Assembly (NCBI GenBank): GCA_000320545.1
Contig: ADNK01000156.1
Coordinates: 1-64,000 of the forward strand
Direction: 5' to 3'
Source: Bigelowiella natans CCMP2755
Taxonomy: Eukaryota > Protista > Cercozoa
Length of the DNA: 64,000 nt
The notes under the pieces are model-generated. The model ran no database searches. It was not told the DNA's origin and saw nothing but the letters and a program-made list of their open reading frames with translations. Within the stretch, counting starts at the first letter, position 1, and each line of letters opens with the position of its first letter. The position numbers were made by a program, and so were the translations under genes. Shown piece by piece: positions 23,453-36,285 of the stretch.

Positions 23453-24607
23453 GCAACTGCTCTGCTACTGCGGCTGCTACTACTGCGTCTACCGAACATC
23501 TGGCAAATTCTTCATGAGCCACATGGTCACAAAGCTTTCAATCTCGTCCGTCGTCAAATCTACCTAAGGTATTGAGGATCGGAAACAGCCATGAAGAGAG
23601 GGGAGGGGGGGGGGGGGGGGGAGGCTTAGAAGACGCTCTGTGTTCTCATTTCTCTTCAAGTCGTATGCTCGTGCTTTCGTAGATTTTGTGCAGTAAAATG
23701 CTGCTGCTCATTACCGTCGACCATAGTGTCCAGTGCTCGACGCCAGGTGGGAGATCATATGGGAACATATTAGGTTCCATCACCGTGCGATGACGCGCCA
23801 GAACAGTTCTAAAGAGGAGAGGATTTTTCGAATAAAAATGAACACAAGCCCGCCATCAAGGGCGCAAAAATGATTCTATCGCACTTTAGGATGTATCTTT
23901 CCCGTGAACGCACGCAGGAGTCAAGGTGCCACGAATGCCGTCGACGTAACTCGAAACATTGCTGCATAATGAATTATTTCACAAATATGAAGATGCAATC
24001 ACACAAGAAGAGATATTGGCTTGCCAGATGGAAGTCGAAACGACACTGACTTTAGTTCTTTCCGGGTACGGTATCCTTAACGTTCTGGTTGGAGGAGGAG
24101 GAGGAGGAGGAGGAGGACTCGTGTGTGGGAGCACGTGGGCTTCATCGAGATACTTTCCCTCTGCTAGCAATTTACTCCTGGTAAGATTTGAAGTTTCATT
24201 CGTTTTAAGGTGCGGAAGCATCGACTTTGCTGGCTTCAGGGAGTCAGTCCGCTCAGCTATGTCAGCAAAAATGCGGCCAACCAGCACGTAGGGGCGGACC
24301 TGGATATACCTTTCAACGCCACAATTCAACAGAGAGATCCCATTGGAAATCAGTCGAGTCCTACATCGTCATTTCGAAGTATAAGTCAGTCGTGATGTCG
24401 CTTGTGCTCTTCTTACTCTCTCCGTTTCCGGCTGAACAGGCCCTGCTGCCTATCCTCACCAAACCTACGGGCAGCAGCCGCCGCCGCCGCCGCCGCCACA
24501 GCAGCTGCAGCAGGAATGGGCTGCTGACAGCAGTACCAGAGGGTGGCGAGCGTTATGACCCAGCTACCAAGCGGACATACAACGCTGGCACGCCGTCGTC
24601 CGCCCAT
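21321..24607 (-). CDS. multi-exon protein with a DUF3605 (GIG1/HIT-like) domain fused to a GNAT acetyltransferase domain
   Basis: EPNMFPYDLPPGVEHWTLWST near 23760 and DNEERSILLFHVHV near 23160, then ISKLYVDP|IYRGRGVASSILDAL at about 22670-22420. Both ends of the model are approximate. Confidence 0.7.
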
Positions 24608-25090
24608 CGTCGGCCAGCGCCGCAGACGAGCAGGCAGGCAAGCAGGCAGGGGGCAGGCAGTCCGTCTTCGGGTATATTATTATTGTGAATGTTCAATTTC
24701 TCGAGTTTTTCTCACTTTCCACGCTCCAGATATCTACACATCCAGATCTAGATATCCTGGATATCTACCGCTTTTTCCCCAGATATTTTTCGCTGAATAG
24801 TACAGGCGTGATCCAGCAAAAACGCCATGGGTTTTCGTCCTTCAAGAGCGCAAGGGACTTGTCGCAGCCTGATTACTAAAGGCGGCGCCGTCCCCACACC
24901 AGCGCAGGATTGTATTGTTCCCGTCGATTTACTCTTTACGTATTGACAATTATGATGTCGCGCAGTCGAAATATAATGCGTTTATTTAAATCCGCGTCGT
25001 CCTCGTGATCCCCGTGCCCTGGGTGAGCAGCCCGACGACATTAACCAAATCTCTCGGTGGTCGGGAGGTCGGATTGTCACTACATTCACG

Positions 25091-26012
25091 ATGTCCGCTG
25101 CCACGTGGCGAGCTCTCCAAGGGATGAAGGCCCGTCCAGGGATGAAAGTAACTTGAATTTTCTGCCGCACACTTGTTGATGCCTACCTGCTCGTTAGCCA
25201 TTCGGTGCACTCGTAGCTCTCCAACGGCCACGTGACGCTCACACCGCCGTCACGGCAAAGATGATTCGAACGGCTAGAATTTCAAACGGGGAAACACAAA
25301 TATTAGTCTCGTCGAACAAATATCTCAGTTCTCAGTTGTTCTCTAATGTGTCACCACTACTACTACTACTACTACTGCTACTCCTCCTACTAACCTCTAC
25401 TACTTCTCTACTACAACTATTACCATTTAGGCTGCGATGTTCAGGAGACCATCACCCTTCTTTGCGGTGCGACAAATCTCGACTCGTAGCTGCAAAGCGC
25501 TGGCTGCAGGGCCTGTGAAAGATTTCCTCCTGGCTGATATTGGGGAAGGAATCGCTGAAGTGGAGGTCAGGCACTCATATTCGGTGGAGGAGTATACAGG
25601 AAGAAGACAATGCTGAGCGAGAGCGAAGCAGAATGAACGTCACCATTGAAAACACAGCGACACTCACACAGCAACATATGTATCCTCCTTACGTATCATC
25701 CATGGGTTGTTTATGTAGGTATTGGAGTGGACAGTTCAACCTGGAACAAAAGTGCAGGTGTTACTCGCAACAACAACAACAACAACAACAACACCAACAC
25801 AGCAGTGAACCACCGAGTGCAATGTTCCTTGGTTTGCGCATGCTTGTGGCGACTATGATGACAGTGATAATCCTATTCCATCATCAACACTAATCGTGAC
25901 TTCCCCAATCAAACCTAAGGAATTTGACGAGCTCTTGAAAGTTCAAAGTGATAAAGCTGCTACTGAAATCACTAGGTAGTAGTGCAGCCATCCCCACCCC
26001 AACACAATTCCT

Positions 26013-26051
<39 letters not shown>

Positions 26052-26954
26052 CGTCCGCTTCTCATGCAAGTTGCGGTGCAGAATGTGGCGATGTATAGAT
26101 TGTTAACCTACCTACCTGCGTTCCCCCCCCCCCTTTCCAGTCCCTACGAAGGCACTGTACTCGAGTTGATGGTGAAAGTGGGAGACATGGCCAAAGTGGG
26201 GAAACCCTTATGCCGTATAGAGTTGGCCAACGCAGAAGAAGATGATTCGGGGGATAGTAACGATGCTGGTGCCTCGAAAGAAAAGGCTACAGCTGCCATC
26301 GATAGTACTCCTCAAAAACAGTCTATGAGCGATACGGTTGATTCTGACTTCAAATCAGGTGCGTGCATATCGACGTGGATGATGACGTTACTGTTTGCCT
26401 TCTCGTTTTACAATACCGTCGTCGTCGTTATCATCAATATCCTCCTCCTCCTCCTCCTCATTGCCCATTTCTTCAACAGGCAAAGTGTTGACTTCTCCAG
26501 CTGTCCGACGCTTGGCGAAGGAGAACAGTATCGACCTTTCTCAGGTAAGAAGAACTTGGTGGTAGTGGGGGTGGTGGTAGATAATTGTAGAAGAGAACAA
26601 TTAGTTGCTACTCCCCATCTATCGACGACATGTACATCATCATCCGTCTAACTAACGCTTGTCAGGTACCTGCCACGGGACCAAAGGGGAGGATACTGAA
26701 GAAGGATGTTCTGGCCTTCATCCAAGCGGGGGTGGGAGGACCTCCATCATCAACATCAACATCATCGTCATCGTCATCGTCATCGTCTTCTGCAGCACCG
26801 CATGATGCAAGCGATGTCCCAAAACCTGCCCTGAAGACTCCTCCTCGTCCATCAATCTCCACCTTGGCGGAGGACATTGTACGTTTGGTGTTGTAGTTAG
26901 CAAAAGTTTGCATCAATGGGATGAGGGGATGGGGGCAAAGAAGAGATTGTGCAG

Positions 26955-26989
<35 letters not shown>

Positions 26990-27240
26990 TGGCCATTGCA
27001 AGAAGTTCCTAGTAGCCATCTTCATCACATTCACCTCCCCCTTCGCAGCCCCCACTTTTCAATACAGGACCACTGCTACCAACGCTTCCTCATCCTCCTC
27101 CTCCACATCATCATCATCATCATCCCCCTGCTGCTCCTCCTCTCATTATTCCTATCATCCTTGGCAGGTGGTCCCTGTGCGTGGGCTTGATCGTATAATG
27201 GTGCAGACTATGAACGAAGCTCACAAGGTAGTAGTAAGCG

Positions 27241-27275
<35 letters not shown>

Positions 27276-27637
27276 TGTAGTGGTAGGAGTAGTGTGCAGC
27301 AAGTAGAAAGTGTGGTATCCACTCTCCTCCTTCTCATTCTCCTCCGCAAGGTGTATGCATTGACGATTGTGGTGGTAGTGAGTTCAATACTGCGACTGAT
27401 GCTACTGCTGCTGCTACTACTACGTGGTAGGTTCCTTCCTTGCTCTACTCGGACGAGTTTTCCGTTGATGAGCTCATCGAAGTTCGCTCGCAGGTGAGAG
27501 GAGGAGAGAGAAAAAGAGAGGGGGGAGGGGGGGGGGGGAAGGAGTTGCTGTTGAAGAACGGCATGTCTTTGTGTGCTGTCTATCTTGTACGTGTCGGTGG
27601 AGGCCGAAGCGTCGTTTGTACGATGACATACCAATTC

Positions 27638-27695
<58 letters not shown>

Positions 27696-29086
27696 TTCTT
27701 TCTCTCTCTCTTCTCTTTCTCACCTGCCGCCGCTGAATCATCTCCTCGTGTTAGAGCAAATCGTTCGCGGAGGCGAGAGGAGTCAAACTTACATACCTTC
27801 CGTTCATCATCAAAGCAGCTTCAATGGCCTTGCAAGAGTACTAGTATAGTAGCAGCAGCAGCAGCAGCAGTAGTAGTAGTCGTTGTAGTAGTAGTAATAG
27901 TAGTAGTAGCCGCAGAAGTTGCGTATAACATCTTCTTCCTCGCGATGGCATCGATAACAATGATGATGCTGATAGGGGTGAATGATGATGATGTAATGAA
28001 ATGCTTCTGCTGCAGATATCCAAAGCTGAACTCGCACGTTAATGATGACTGGACTGAGTACACGATGAAAGGAGCACATAATATTGGTGTGTGATAGATA
28101 GATAGTAGCAGCAACAGTTGTCACCGTTTTATCGCATCCTTCTGCTTCTTCGATGTGCACGTTTTCCCAATGTTAAACATGCATAGAAAATGAATGTACG
28201 GAGCTTTTTTGGAAAGAATTACAGGCATATTCGTAACGATGCAACCCACACTCACACACACTCTCACACGCACAATTACACACTCACACCTTAGAACATC
28301 GTATGTCACCTGACGTGTGTTTTCCTCTCTTAAGGCGTGGCTGTACAAACGGAGGCAGGGTTACTAGTACCCAACGTAAAGAATTGCGAGCAAAAGAGCG
28401 TTCTGGAAATAGCAAGTACGTGATTATTCTGGTCGTACATTGCAATGCTTGTCGCTACATGAGGCGCGCTGCTACTGCATGCAATTTCAGTAAGTAGTAG
28501 CGGCGATGTGCTTGCTACTTCGTCTATTTTGCTCGATTGCAATGAAGACCCCTCGTTCTTTCCACTCTCAAGGCGAATTGGTAGAGCTGCAGAGGTTGGG
28601 CGCCTCGGGCAATCTCACGAAGGATCACCTATCAGGCGGGACTTTTACCATCTCCAACATCGGTATTATAGTCGCAGTTGCTGCTGGTGCTGCAGCAGTA
28701 GTAGTAGTAGTAGGAGTAATAGTATACACCACACGTCCTAAGAGTTGTCCCTCCTCAACGTGGGGAATGTAGACTGAGAGGAATACGGATGATGTTACTT
28801 CTAGCTCAGTATTGCCTACTTGTCATCATCGTAATCATCATCCCTTTCTTCGATTTGATGACCTACTAAAGCCATCATCATCATCTTCTTCTTCATCGTC
28901 ATCATTTGTTTGATACTGAAACTACGCAGGAAGTATTGGAGGAACTGTGTGCAAGCCACTTCTTGTTGTGCCTGAAGTTGCTATAGCTGCTCTGGTACGT
29001 GTTATCTACCAACCACCAACGATTTCTATACGATGGTGATGATAATGATGATGATAATGATGATGATAATGATGATGTCACCTCGC

Positions 29087-29136
<50 letters not shown>

Positions 29137-29264
29137 TTCTGTACACCTATGTTTGAACCCATTGTTGGATGGATGGTTTTTCGTCTACCTCTGGGAGAGG
29201 CAGACAGTGGCGGCCTGCTCTATCTCTCTCCATCGTCATCGTCATCGTCACCATCCTCTTATTG

Positions 29265-29295
<31 letters not shown>

Positions 29296-29671
29296 GGGCA
29301 AGTTTCAAGCGGTCCCTCGTTTCGACGAAGACGACGAGATCTACAAGGTACTCGTGATGTGTTCCAAGTGTTTGTGTAAGACGGATGCAATAAAATCAAA
29401 TTAAATTTGTTCAACGGTCGCGTGTTTGTGTGTGTGTGTGTGTGTGTGTCGACATGTTGTCGGAGCGTGAGCTTTTGTGCAGACTGTTACAAATGTGTGG
29501 CAGCTTCGTTCCTCATAACGGTGTTTTTGGCTCTGATTTGTGCTATGCTGTGAACTAACTGGTTTATTGAAATGCACACTACAAAGGCAACGATCATGAA
29601 CGTAAGCATCAGCGCTGACCACAGGATTATTGACGGTGCAACGGTGGCAAGGTAATGAGAACGATAAAATT

Positions 29672-29703
<32 letters not shown>

Positions 29704-29812
29704 AGTAGTGATGGCGGTTGATCACTTCCACAATTTGCTTTCTTCCAGGTTCTCCAACCTGTGGAAACAGTATCTGGAGCTTCCCGCGGCGATGTTGCTT
29801 CATGCGAAGTAG
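25091..29812 (+). CDS. DBT: branched-chain alpha-keto acid dehydrogenase E2 (dihydrolipoamide acyltransferase), mitochondrial, multi-exon
   Basis: FLLADIGEGIAEVE, lipoyl motif VQSDKAATEITS, E3-binding SPAVRRLA..TGPKGRILKKDV, KLTYLPFIIKAAS, GGTFTISNIG, catalytic ADHRIIDGATVAR and FSNLWKQYLE. Confidence 0.95.
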
Positions 29813-30383
29813 TAGCTAGCACGGGTTAAGGCTGCACACAGGGAGCATGACATGCTCTGATCCATCACATCATCACCTGTTAAATAGTTGGCATGTATGG
29901 GTTTATCCTCTGACAGTAGGCTTTTTGATTGATTCCCACATTCAAGGACATAATGTGCACCATTGCGTTACACGCGCTTAAGCCGATTTATGTATAGTAC
30001 TGCATTGGCGGATGCGCCACAGCACGTTATTAGAAGTATGCATAACAAGCGTATGTATCATCTTATCTTTAGCTATAGCCACGCGCGTATGCCTATGTAT
30101 TGCCATACAGGCTTGCTTCGCCTTGCTTGTAATCTCAGCTCTCGCTTGCTCGGCGCTGCAGCAGTAGATAGAATTGTTGATCCTTTTTGAGCCAGTTGTT
30201 AGCAAGACTAAAGGAAGATGAGACGATGCATGCACGAGACGCAATCGATAGGCATGGGTGCATTCTACATTGTTGTTTCCTAAGAACATCCATCCTCGGT
30301 CGTAAGCCGCATGTTAGGCAGCTGCAAGATACGATTTTCGACAGACAGCGAGATATGACCTCGATCGAACCCATGAGCTTTTA

Positions 30384-31430
30384 TCAACGACGTCGAGACG
30401 GAGAAACGCTTTCTACACCAACCACGAACAAAACAGCGTAATCTTGCTTTTTATATCCTTCTACGGAGGGCATTGCGGCTCCGGGGGCTACAGGAAAGTC
30501 CTTGAAATTTGCGTTGGCCGGAGAAGCATCCGGGAGTAAGGGGGAATATCTCGCAGACCTACATGGAAGATGTGTTACGTCGAATAGGCTCCCATCGTCA
30601 AGCTCCCATTTCATATTTCCGCTGCTAGGATCTTTGGGATGAATCGTGAGCACCGTTGTGACCGAGCGTCCACCAGTGACTACGTATCTACCCGGATTGA
30701 GGGGAAACTCTGGCTTCTCCATGATAATCCCGTGCTCCTCTAACCACCAGTCATTCGAATCGAATACCCAGTTTGCTGGCGCCAACCCTCCATTTCTCTT
30801 CAGTTCTTTGTAGTCGCTCAGCCAAACGCCTCGCGGTCCAGGATCTTGACGCCATAGTCCCCATTCTTGTGCCCCCTCCCCCACACGAGAGTTCGGGTCG
30901 CCGAGCGCTGCGATGAACTGTGTTGGAATTCTTTTGAATTCCCCTCCCTTGAACCTACCAGAGTCGTCGGATAGTGCTCCAGGTCCGTACATGAACAATT
31001 GCTCAATGGTGTCAAAGATTGATCCTGCTCTCGCGGGCGAAGCTGATGAAGATGCAGCACCGATGACAGCTGCTCCGGATACGGCGGAAAGCAATCGTTT
31101 CATATCGGAACGGCGGCATGAAGAGCGTCGATCAGCTCGGGAACACTCTGGCTGTCTGGTAGGAAGGTGAAGGCCACCACGCATGCGATGACGGTCCACA
31201 TCTACGTTCTTCCACCTCAAAGGAATGGGAGGCTATGGTTAGCTATCACCCCTCAGACATTAGAGAACAGGAGAGGAGAAGGAGTAAGGTTAGGGTTAGG
31301 GAACAGCAGACCTTAAAGGAGGGCGGTTGTTTGAATGGATCCTAGAGCGTTGTTTGTTGCTCGCCGTTGAAAGAGAGGCTGCAAGAAGCAGCATGACGAC
31401 CTTGACGACGTCGACGCCACGAGCCGCCAT
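30384..31430 (-). CDS. uncharacterised protein with a tripartite leader, probably thylakoid lumen (exons 31430-31312 and 31215-30384; 316 aa)
   Basis: Signal peptide VVKVVMLLLAASLSTA, an Arg-rich transit segment and a Tat-like RR..LLSAVSGAAVIGAASSSASPARA signal. The mature part is a globular Trp/Gly-rich domain (WGLWRQDPGPRGV, DWWLEEHG, DVTHLPCRSARY). Confidence 0.8.
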
Positions 31431-31874
31431 CTCTCTCTCAGTGAGGATTTGGTCGGTGTTGTCGCACGGACTATGTCTCTCTTTTCTTCTGTATCGTTAC
31501 GATGTTCTCCGTACTGAGTTTAGTCTAAAAGAATCCGAATCGATCTAGGAATGACCTGCACGGAAATGATGCGGAGATTAATGGCCAGGAAATGACGGAA
31601 GAGCCACAGAGAGAGCACGAGCTCATTTTGGTGGCATTGTGGAAATCTTATTTGCGGTCTCTCTCTCCGGCTGTTGCTGTTTACCCCTCGTTTATTACCT
31701 GCGACAACCTAGATTTTATGTCGCGATGAAGAATCGTAAACGAACCTGTGACTTCAGAGAAATGGCTGTGCCACGTGCCTAGCCCATCTTCGCGTTGTGC
31801 TCGACTGACGGCTGTCCGTTTAACCCCTCACCCCCCCCCCCAGCACCCCGACCGATTGAAATCCTTTCCCCTTG

Positions 31875-33449
31875 ATGATCCAATTGACCAGAAGCTGCGA
31901 TGGGGCTGAGGAGGGCTTGGGTCGGATCCCAAAAGTACACTCCTGGAGGCGCTCTTCCTTTTCGCAGTGCGGTCAGCCGCCGGAGAGAAGCTGGGCATGC
32001 ACTGCTCGGGTAGGGCTGGTAGTGTTTTGCAGCATTGTATTTCTATCGCAAAGCCAACTTTTCTTGAGAAGTAGAGTGCTGGATCATGCTGCCTTAGGCG
32101 CTGGTACTGAGCCCGCCAGTAGTAGTAACTCCGGCATGCTGCTTCCCCTGGTTCAAAGATTTCGGGGGGGCAGGATCCCAACTGCACAGATGGTGGAGTA
32201 TGATTCCACAGAGAGGGAGAGTAGATATGTTCCCATTCCTAGCGTGGCAGCAGGATCCAGCCGCTACTACAACCAACTCGAGGAGCAAAGTCGACGTGAA
32301 AATTTTACTCGTTCATTTCAACGGCAGACACCATCACCGCTTTCAGATGAGAAGAAGCACTACAGCCAACGGCAAACGACTTTGCCAGTCCGTCATTATC
32401 AGCAACTGCCGCAGCAATATCGACCCGGGCAGCAGGCCTCCTTGCCAGGAGGATCCAAACAGTCACCAACGCCGCCTTTGCCCGGGGGAAACGTGAGAGG
32501 GGCTAGGGGTTCTTCACCTTCCATCCAACATCAAATGCAGCAGCAGCAGCAGCAGCAGCAGCGCCATCCGAGGGAATCTAGCACAAAGGCGCACGTTACT
32601 TATACTCATCACACAAAGACGACGACAACAACCAAGTTGCCTTCAGCTTCGGGGGGCTCCCCACCTCATGCTTCGGGATGGCGAAACCCATCGGTGTCTC
32701 CCCCTCCTCCACACCAATCGATGCGAACGATAACGTCTGCACAGCAGCAGCAGCAGAAGCATCCGTACTCAGGGGAGGAGTCAATGTCATCACCACAGGC
32801 TGCTCGACCAGCTTATGAGGGACAACGACAGCAGGAACAGCAGTGGCAGTACCAACAGCAGCAGCCACCCTTCCGTCGTACTACTGCTCACTCACCGATT
32901 CAAAAGTCTCCAGGTTCATCTCCACCCCCCTCCTACCCGCAGCAATACCAGTCGCCACAGCAACATCATAATCGTCAATACGCTCATTCGTCGCAGTCTC
33001 CATCTCCCCAGCTTCCTCTTCCTTCTCGCCCCCTCCCTGTCCACTCCCCCTCCCAATACGCCTCTCCGGGCACATATTCACCTCCGTTGCAATCTCCACG
33101 AATTCCGCCTGGTGGGAGAGCGTCGCCATCGCCTCCGGCGCACGTTTATCAGCCCCAATCACCGCAGAGGCAGCAGCCGCAGCAGCGGCAAACAAAGACT
33201 CAGTATCGACAATCTGCCCCCGGCTCGCCATCCCCCCCTCCACGTGTAGGCTCGATGCCGATGACTCCTCGTCCTGATGATGTCGGGACACCATTATCCT
33301 CCTACTCACGTAAGTAGTCGAGTAGCTTCTAGCTAGACAGTCGTTGTCATGATACTTAAAGGGAGGGGGACACGGCGGGGGGGGGGGTTACGTACGTATG
33401 GAAAGACATCCCAGTAGTGCTAACTGAGGGAGAGGGAGACACGCGCACA

Positions 33450-33493
<44 letters not shown>

Positions 33494-33640
33494 AATAATC
33501 CTTTTTTTAAGGGATGATAACACTATTGTTGTTGCATGAATGGATGCTAATTGCGGCAAACACCACAATATGTAAAGTAGACTACGATAGCAGCAAGAAT
33601 CACATAAACCACACACACACATACACATACACACGCATAG

Positions 33641-33690
<50 letters not shown>

Positions 33691-35101
33691 CTATATTACG
33701 TTTTAATACGTGTGTTTATTCCTGACGAAACTAGGCCCAAGGAGCTCCACCCGCAATCCACCACGATATTCTGCTGCTCATCAGCCTTCCTCCCCACCGT
33801 CATCAGGTAGTAGCAGCAACCAGCAGCTGCAGAAACACCACGGTGAATGGGAGGAATGGGCTGTTAACCTCGCCGGGTCATCATTCCATATGGTGGCAAC
33901 CGAGGCCACGAAGGCGCTGACGTGGTTCTTTAACCATTGTGCGAGCCTTTTCCAGTCGAGCGCCGCTTACGACCTCTTCGAGGACATGCAGCGCTCGTGG
34001 CTCTCAGCTAACGCTGACGGAGAGGGGGAGGGAGGGGGAGGACGACAGGGGCGGGGTGAGGAAGATGAGAGCACCCGCAAGCTCCCCCTCCCACTTGGGG
34101 GGGAGTCCGGGGAGAGCGTCGCAGCCCTGATTGCACGCCATCGTGATGTCATTGACCAGCTCAAAAAGGCATGCCACGACGTGCTTTCATCTCCCACCGA
34201 CGATGAAGGAACGGGAGGCGCGGGGAGGAGTAAAGCCGCCCAGTCACCACAGCCTCGGCAGCCTCCTCACCACGTGCTCGACGATTTGTTCTTCCTCCGC
34301 TACATTCTGGATGATGCAGCACAGGGAGGAAGGGGGGGGCGGTCCGAGCACTCGCTCAAGAGCATGGAGGACAAGATACGAAAGTGCATTCGGTGGCGCC
34401 GGAGGAACCGCGAGATGCTGGAAGCTATCAACCGCGACGGCCTCGGTGCACACCCCATCCACAGGACCTTCCAAGCTCTCACAGGGATAACCTCCTGGAG
34501 GCTCTCCGACGGGGGCTGGCTCGACTTTATAGGAACGGCGTTCGCCAATCCTGACGCGCAGAAGGAGCTCTCCAAGCGCGTCCCTCCTGAGCAGCTTGCC
34601 GAGTACCTCCTCATGCGAAAGGAGTTCCGCTACGCGCACTGCGACAGGGCCACGAGGCGCAGCGGGCGCATCGTCAAGTCGCTCACGTTCCGAGACCTCT
34701 CGTCGATGGGGACCTTCTCGGCGCTGGCCTACCCGGTCGCCGAGGTGCTCGGGCAGGACGGCGGCACCTCCAAGGCGCAGCGGCTGGCGCAGGTCAAGTC
34801 GGAGTACCTGCACCCCCTCAACACAGAGCGCATCGTCTTCATCGACCCCCCCAGCGCTGTCGCCGCGCTCTTCAAGGCCATCTCGGGATCCTGCTATGCA
34901 CGAACGACGTCGCAGTTTCTGGTGTGCGACCGCGCCCGGGCGAGGAGCATGCTGCTAGGCCGCCTCAGGGGACAGGATCTCGACCTTCTGTTCCCGCCGC
35001 AGCCTGCTTCGACAACGCCCCCCTCCAGCGGTGGCGGTCCGGGTCGGGGTCATGGCCGCGGTGGGGGGGGGGGGGGCTCCACAGGTTGTTGGCGTCGTTG
35101 A
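31875..35101 (+). CDS. CRAL-TRIO (Sec14-like) lipid-binding protein with a long Pro/Gln/Ser-rich N-terminus (intron 33310-33734)
   Basis: LDDLFFLRYIL..KCIRWRRRN, TFRDLSSMG and YLHPLNTERIVFIDPPSAVAALFKAIS. N-terminal hydrophobic segment. The phase-1 GT-AG intron keeps the frame. Confidence 0.8.
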
Positions 35102-36285
35102 AAAGCGAGGCTGGAGTGCGTCAGAAGAAGAAGAAGAAGAAGAAGAAGAAGAAGAAGAAGAAAAATAAAAATAAAAATAAAATAATATAAAATAAACACG
35201 ACAGCCTTCAAATCTATTAAAGAAATAAGGAGATTTTAGTTGTTGTGGGCGTAGATGTTGCATTTTTTGTTCGTTTTTTCTGTGGCACGACGCCATATCA
35301 CAGCCCCCCCCCCCCTCCCTCCCATCCCTCCCTCCTTATCTCTACTTTATTTGTGCATGTATAAGTGTACTCGTATGCGATGAGAGTCCTTGATTGGTCG
35401 ATATCTTTTGACTATCAGCAGATTCTGGGGGACTTTAATTCTTTGATGGCATCAAGCGTTTTCTTTGTTCTTTTTTTTCACAGTTAGATTATTATTAAAT
35501 TCATGAGTTCAGCAAAACGTGCTCTAGTGTCACGTCTTTTTGTCAAGTAGAGCCTGCACGCAAACAACAATCACACGCATGCACTTCGAGTGGAAGCATT
35601 TGAATCGTTATGGCTGCGTGCTTGCGATCTCCGAGTTTTCCATATAGATACATGCGTAGCATCTGCATCTTCATCGCTGTGCATGCTTTTGTTTGCGTGC
35701 ATATCTGGTGACGTCTCGACATAGGCGGGTGTATGTGTTACGTGCTGTGTGTACACCTCTCTCTCTCTCTCTCTCTCTCCCTGTGTGTGTGTGTGTGACT
35801 GTTTGTGTGCATCTGTGCCATGGCCGGCGTAATTGGCAACACAATTTTCACCATGTAACAATGCCTTGACCTTGCTAGCTTGAGCTATGGTCATCGGTAA
35901 ATCAACGTACGTACACCTGCATGTGCTTGTGTTAATTAATTCTTAGTGCTCGATGCGCTGTACATGTGTTGCAGCCGTTTCGATCCGACAATAGGTAGAT
36001 GTACGATCATAGCATGTATAGTAGCGGCCAGGTGCGAACAAAAACAAGCAGTAGCGCTATCAGACATGTACTGCGATGCAATATGATATTTATTGTTACA
36101 ATTCAATCTCGTTGTGCTCGACAGATCGGAGGTGCTGTGTGCGCACCGCAGCAATATGTCTCCAAAAATAATCTGCACATTTCATTCATAAGATAACATA
36201 CCATGTATTTGCAAACGTGGGTAAAATCAATGCTACGTGAGCGTCGCAGGAAACTGACTGGCCATTAATTGTAGCGGTTATGCAT

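Noticed and set aside
24227-24688. Plus-strand ORF containing HWKSVESYIVISKY, superficially like the DUF3605 N-terminus
   Set aside because: It is on the wrong strand, and the equivalent segment (RSRERYILK) is already present in the minus-strand gene.
31289-31301. Telomere-like TTAGGG repeats
   Set aside because: Only two units lie inside an intron, too short to call an interstitial telomere.
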